From Eledone cirrhosa (Eukaryota), in assembly GCA_964016885.1 (NCBI GenBank), contig OZ024740.1, positions 90,644,001 through 90,708,000 of the forward strand: DNA of 64,000 nucleotides. The letters are read 5' to 3'. This document shows positions 59,948 to 64,000 of the stretch, piece by piece. The stretch's first letter is position 1. Each line of letters starts with the position of its first letter. The translations under genes and the position numbers were made by a program. Under the pieces are notes generated by a model. It had not been told where the DNA came from. It saw only the letters and a program-made list of their open reading frames with translations, and did not search any database.

Positions 59948-60329
59948 TATATATTGGTAAACGGAATAGAAAATGCTGACAAATTGTTCACAGTTTAAAA
60001 TAGTTTAATTAGGAATAAGTGAGAATTAGTAATTGTATTGGCTAGTATTCAGTTTTGATTTTAAGCTTTACCGGTTGCGCATTTCTAATGCTTTTCAAAA
60101 ATAATTTTGAGATAGAGCGTCCGTGATGTTTGCCCTGATCAGAGCAAACATCACGGAAGCTCTATCTCAAAATTATTTTTGAAAAGCATTAGAAATGCGC
60201 AACCGGTAAAGCTTAAAATCAAAACTGAATACTAACCAATACAATTACTAATTCTCACTTATTCCTAATTAAACTATTTTAAACTGTGAACAATTTGTCA
60301 GCATTTTCTATTCCGTTTATCAATATATA
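59948..60329. mobile_element. Spacerless ~190-bp-arm palindrome made of pLTR-like ends with mirror variant HHRs
   Basis: Axis at ctga|tcag (60138/60139), few mismatches; TTGAAAA gcat-tagaa-atgc GCAA ccgg TA aag at 60179-60211 and mirror ~60066-60098. Confidence 0.85.
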
Positions 60330-60347
60330 TATATATATATATATGTG

Positions 60348-60403
<56 letters not shown>

Positions 60404-61122
60404 ACATATATAGTTGTGTATAGTGGTAGCTATGCAGCTTCCACAGGTGGTACCACAAAATTACCACTCGATATTTATCGGAGTAGAGTGTAGATATTAT
60501 GAAGGAAACGAAAAATCAGTGATGCATCTGCATATAGTATATTTCGTGTTACAGATGTTCGCCGGCATGTAGCTCGAGTTATGGTCCTTGTATGGATCTC
60601 GCTGATTCTACTTCTGCGGGTTCTTTCAGACACGGGTGTTACGTCCGGAGCAAATTTTATCAGTGGGGTGTTATCATCAAAAGTCACCCTCAGAAAACCC
60701 TATTTCCACTCTTGGATGTTTTTACTTTATCTCATCACAAGTTCTGACACTATCTGCTGCCACACGGTTCATCAACCATTTTTCTTCCGACACATTTCAA
60801 TGGAGTCATGCTGGGATCAGTACTTCACATGTCTGGTCACACTTAGGAGTAATCACCCACACATACGAAAATACACACATAACGACATACACACATGCAG
60901 ACATATACGCATCTATGCATACACACACGTACGCCTACATGCGCAGATACACACACCCACATACATACATCGAATAATATATACTCACCCACCGTCTCGC
61001 CCTCACTTACACGGATCCTTTCACACCCACTTGTTGATACATACCGCCACGAGCCTTCTGACGGCTGTTTACTTCGCGCTCTGTATCAATGGGATAAGCA
61101 TATCCTACCCAAACATTCATAT

Positions 61123-62078
61123 ACTAGACATGAAAAATGCGCAAGCTCAAAAGTGCCACAGAATGTTATAATAAACCTTCAAAAGTGTGGGACTAGAGTT
61201 GTTGCTAAAAAATATTGTAATCATTATATATCGTACATCTGTGGCATCCTTTATAAAAATAGCTTAAACCAACGAAGCCTTTATTTTTACGCTATTTCAC
61301 TTAGTTAATTCTTAGAGTGTAACATATAAAAATATGATTTACAACTATAAAATAAATTAATTAATATAATAACAGAGCTGCGGAGCTGAAATTTAGGAAA
61401 TAATGGAGTATCGGATCCTGAGTTGGAGCCAGTCAATTTTTGGCCGATTCCGCAGCCCTGTATAATACATTTCATATTAAAGTTATTAATAAACCTATTT
61501 TACACTTCATGCAAATTACCACGAGATATTGATATTAGATATAAGATACAGCGCAATATCTACAGCTGTAAAAGTACGAAAGCGAAGTAATAATAAGTGG
61601 CTTAAGGTAATTCCAATATGAAAGTTTGTAGTGATAAAAATTTGATAATGCAATACGATTGTTAATATTATAGTTCTATGAAAATGTAACAATAGATAAC
61701 TAAATTAGTTTACTATTAGTATATTTAAGAAATTATCATTATAGATTTGATCGTTCATATAAGCATAATATTAAGTTTCAACACAATTATTTTGTTACTA
61801 TGAGTATATGATAATAATATTACGTAATTATTTATAGCTGTTATTACATTAAACATAGATGTATTTATTTTTATATGTTACACTCTAAGAATTAACTAAG
61901 TGAAATAGCGTAAAAATAAAGGCTTCGTTGGTTTAAGCTATTTTTATAAAGGATGCCACAGAATGTACGATATATAATGATTACAATATTTTTTAGCAAC
62001 AACTCTAGTCCCACACTTTTGAAGGTTTATTATAACATTCTGTGGCACTTTTGAGCTTGCGCATTTTTCATGTCTAGT
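61123..62078. mobile_element. MITE/fold-back DNA element with ~210-bp near-perfect TIRs
   Basis: 61123-~61333 is the reverse complement of ~61866-62078; no clear TSD, no HHR seen. Confidence 0.85.
61373..61460. mobile_element. Nested 88-bp hAT-like MITE
   Basis: TIR cagagctgcgga/tccgcagccctg; 8-bp TSD tataataa/tataatac. Confidence 0.75.
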
Positions 62079-62644
62079 TTAATATTGTTTTAAGGCAACG
62101 CTTGTAATAACTCTAGTTAAACAGGATATATATTAATAATAAATTATCGTTGTAATGTAATTAGATTATGTAATTGTTATTATAAATTATCTTATAAATA
62201 TTAGTGTAAGATGTATAAAAATATTTTCAGACTTTTAATATAAACAACTACAAAAAACAATCAATATTAAATCAATATATTATACATAATAGAAAACATA
62301 AAATATACAATACAAAAACAAAATATTTACATACAATTGCAATTATCAGTGTATATACATTTTCTTTATATTCCCTGAGCAAATTAATAAGATTTGTTTT
62401 TATTGTACATAATTTGATGACTTGTTGGAGTGTATTAAAAGATAGCAACAGTTTGTGATTAAATTGTTATCTTAAGCAACTCACTTTTTAATAGTTGTTG
62501 GCTGAGCGAAATTGTAAAAGCCTATGAGCAAATATAAAAAAAAATACACAAACAACATTTCCTTGTGTTATTACAACATTAGATAAAATAATTGAGCAAT
62601 GTCGTTATATTTTGCTCTTATTGCACATTAATAGTGTTTCTATT

Positions 62645-62800
62645 TTTCGGCACAAATCCATTACGGCAGTCCATTACTGGTACTTTATTTTATCGAATTA
62701 GTAAGTATGAAAGTCGAAGTTAACCTCGGCAGGATTTGAACTTAGAATGCAAAGGACCATAACAATACTGCAAAGCATGGTGTCTGACGCTCTACCAATA
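62645..62800 (-). mobile_element. Diverged SINE copy (another fragment at ~63790-63836)
   Basis: tactggtactttattttatcga..tgaaag.c.aag..aacctcggc.ggatttgaact. Confidence 0.85.
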
Positions 62801-63304
62801 CTTGTGTTGAGCTGGTCATTAATTTATGGTGGTCGTGCGTGGAGTAGAGCAATCGCTAGTTGAAATATTATGAACAAAACATTTTTATTTGCCGAAGAAC
62901 ATATTTTCAATACTGTTTGTGAATGTGACGAAGGAAATACATTCTGATATGGAACAGTGTACAAAGTGTGTCTGTGAATAACATAATGTTACCTCATGTT
63001 GTTGTCAAGACATAATGGATTTCGTATATCCAGTTAGAAGATGAAACCTAGCCATCTCGGATTAGTTATATTTCATGCCATGTGTAAACGTGTTTGAGGA
63101 TAGCAAAATATGCGTGTTTCTTGTCTGGAAACTTTCTGCTAAACTGATTGGTTTCAGTATATATTTAATATAATATTAATATATTTTGTAATATTATTAA
63201 CTAATTATTATAATTAGCGCTTCAGGCTTTGTCTATATACTGAAACAAATTTGTAAGTCATTACCTAATTAAACTCTTTGCTTGAAATGTTATCATTCTT
63301 CGTT

Positions 63305-63428
<124 letters not shown>

Positions 63429-64000
63429 TCTAGTCCTTCGCTCAAGATTAATCTATAAGTTTAGATGTCTGCCTTCGTTTTAGTAAATATTACAGTAAGA
63501 TTTTTAATATAAACAACTACAAAAAACAATTAATATTAAAACGAAAAAATTATCAATGATAAAAGAAGCGGATGCAACTTTTTTTTTTATAAAGTTATAT
63601 TCCTGTTTCTTTAAAGAACATTTCATTTTTGTTCTATTGTAGGCGAAATAATGCAATGGTTTAATAGGGAAGATATAACTTACGAATTATGTCTCTAACC
63701 GTGTAACGCTTTTTAAGTAGATAACTACAATTGAAAATACTAAAGAAATGGAACCAACAATTCAATTTGAAAGTCGTCTAGTGACAGTGTATTACTGGTA
63801 CTTTATTTTATCGACCCCGTAACGATGAAAGGCAAAAATGCAAATGCTTAAAATTTAAATTGCCTTAATTCTATCGTCTGCTGTTTCATTAAAGGGAGAT
63901 TCTCGTCTGTATTTAATTCTATCGTCTACTGTTCCACTAAACAGATATACCTCCACTATCGTCTCTATTTATACATTTTAACTTATAACTTATACACATT

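Overview
AT-rich eukaryotic intergenic or intronic DNA. It is most likely from an octopus or other cephalopod, inferred from the SINE family and the huge (TA)n/(CA)n arrays. No host exon could be supported, and the YI/HT/VC-repeat ORFs are microsatellite artefacts. The window is dominated by Penelope-like retroelements (PLEs; RT plus C-terminal GIY-YIG) from several lineages: a near full-length Neptune-like element with ~1.6-1.8 kb direct pLTRs, two Hydra-clade elements, two other RT-EN elements and one EN fragment. It also holds decayed Tx1/L1, RTE, HERO-like and R4/Dong-like LINEs, a tRNA-type SINE, MITEs and two satellites. The main hidden structure is about 15 intact or degenerate minimal type-I hammerhead ribozyme (HHR) motifs. 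Many sit as mirror-image pairs in short fold-back elements inserted in TA microsatellites. These share a recurring architecture: both 3' ends point outward, one arm carries a unique 30-90 nt tail, and the other ends flush at TA. All alignments and folds were done by eye, so coordinates are approximate and clade names come from recalled motifs.
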